Source: Isurus oxyrinchus
Lineage: Eukaryota
Direction of reading: 5' to 3'
NCBI GenBank assembly: GCA_026770705.1
Contig: JANJGN010000342.1
Coordinates: 310,001-374,000, forward strand
DNA length: 64,000 bases
Positions 63,889-64,000 of the stretch are shown piece by piece. Below the pieces are notes generated by a model. It saw only the letters and a list, made by a program, of their open reading frames with translations, made no database searches and had not been told where the DNA came from. Made by a program: the position numbers and the translations under genes. Numbering within the stretch: the stretch's first letter is position 1; each line of letters begins with the position of its first letter.

Positions 63889-64000
63889 GCTCTCACTCAC
63901 TGATTGTTGCTATAAGAAATAAAACCTTTCAGTCAGCAGAAGATTTGCAGATTTTGATTACAATTAATTCAAGAGTTTTAATCAGGAGCAGAACCTTGAG

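Overview
Eukaryotic genomic DNA from a cartilaginous fish (shark or ray), judged from the immunoglobulin architecture and repeat content. The right third (about 40.8-63.9 kb, minus strand) is one shark-type IgM heavy-chain cluster: D1-D2-JH with intact RSSs, CH1-CH4, secretory tail, TM1 and TM2. VH presumably lies just beyond the window. The C region carries two nonsense codons (CH2 TAG, CH4 TGA), so the canonical product is dead, although all splice sites and RSSs look intact. The left two thirds hold four KRAB-less tandem C2H2 zinc-finger genes (all disrupted), two CpG-rich NRF1/YY1-type promoters, a decaying tRNA cluster (Leu, Ser, Asn, Lys, Glu, Val), a 59-bp minisatellite with a higher-order repeat, and many CR1/L2 LINE and LTR fragments. 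The most striking element is a young Penelope-like retroelement family (RT + GIY-YIG) present twice with an inverted-arm architecture. One copy is a ~4 kb tails-out palindrome with a 14-bp target-site duplication inside the IgM J-C intron. Every arm carries a hammerhead-ribozyme-like motif with a non-canonical CUGUCGA core, and both left arms break at the same T-rich tract. Most short ORFs in the track are spurious.
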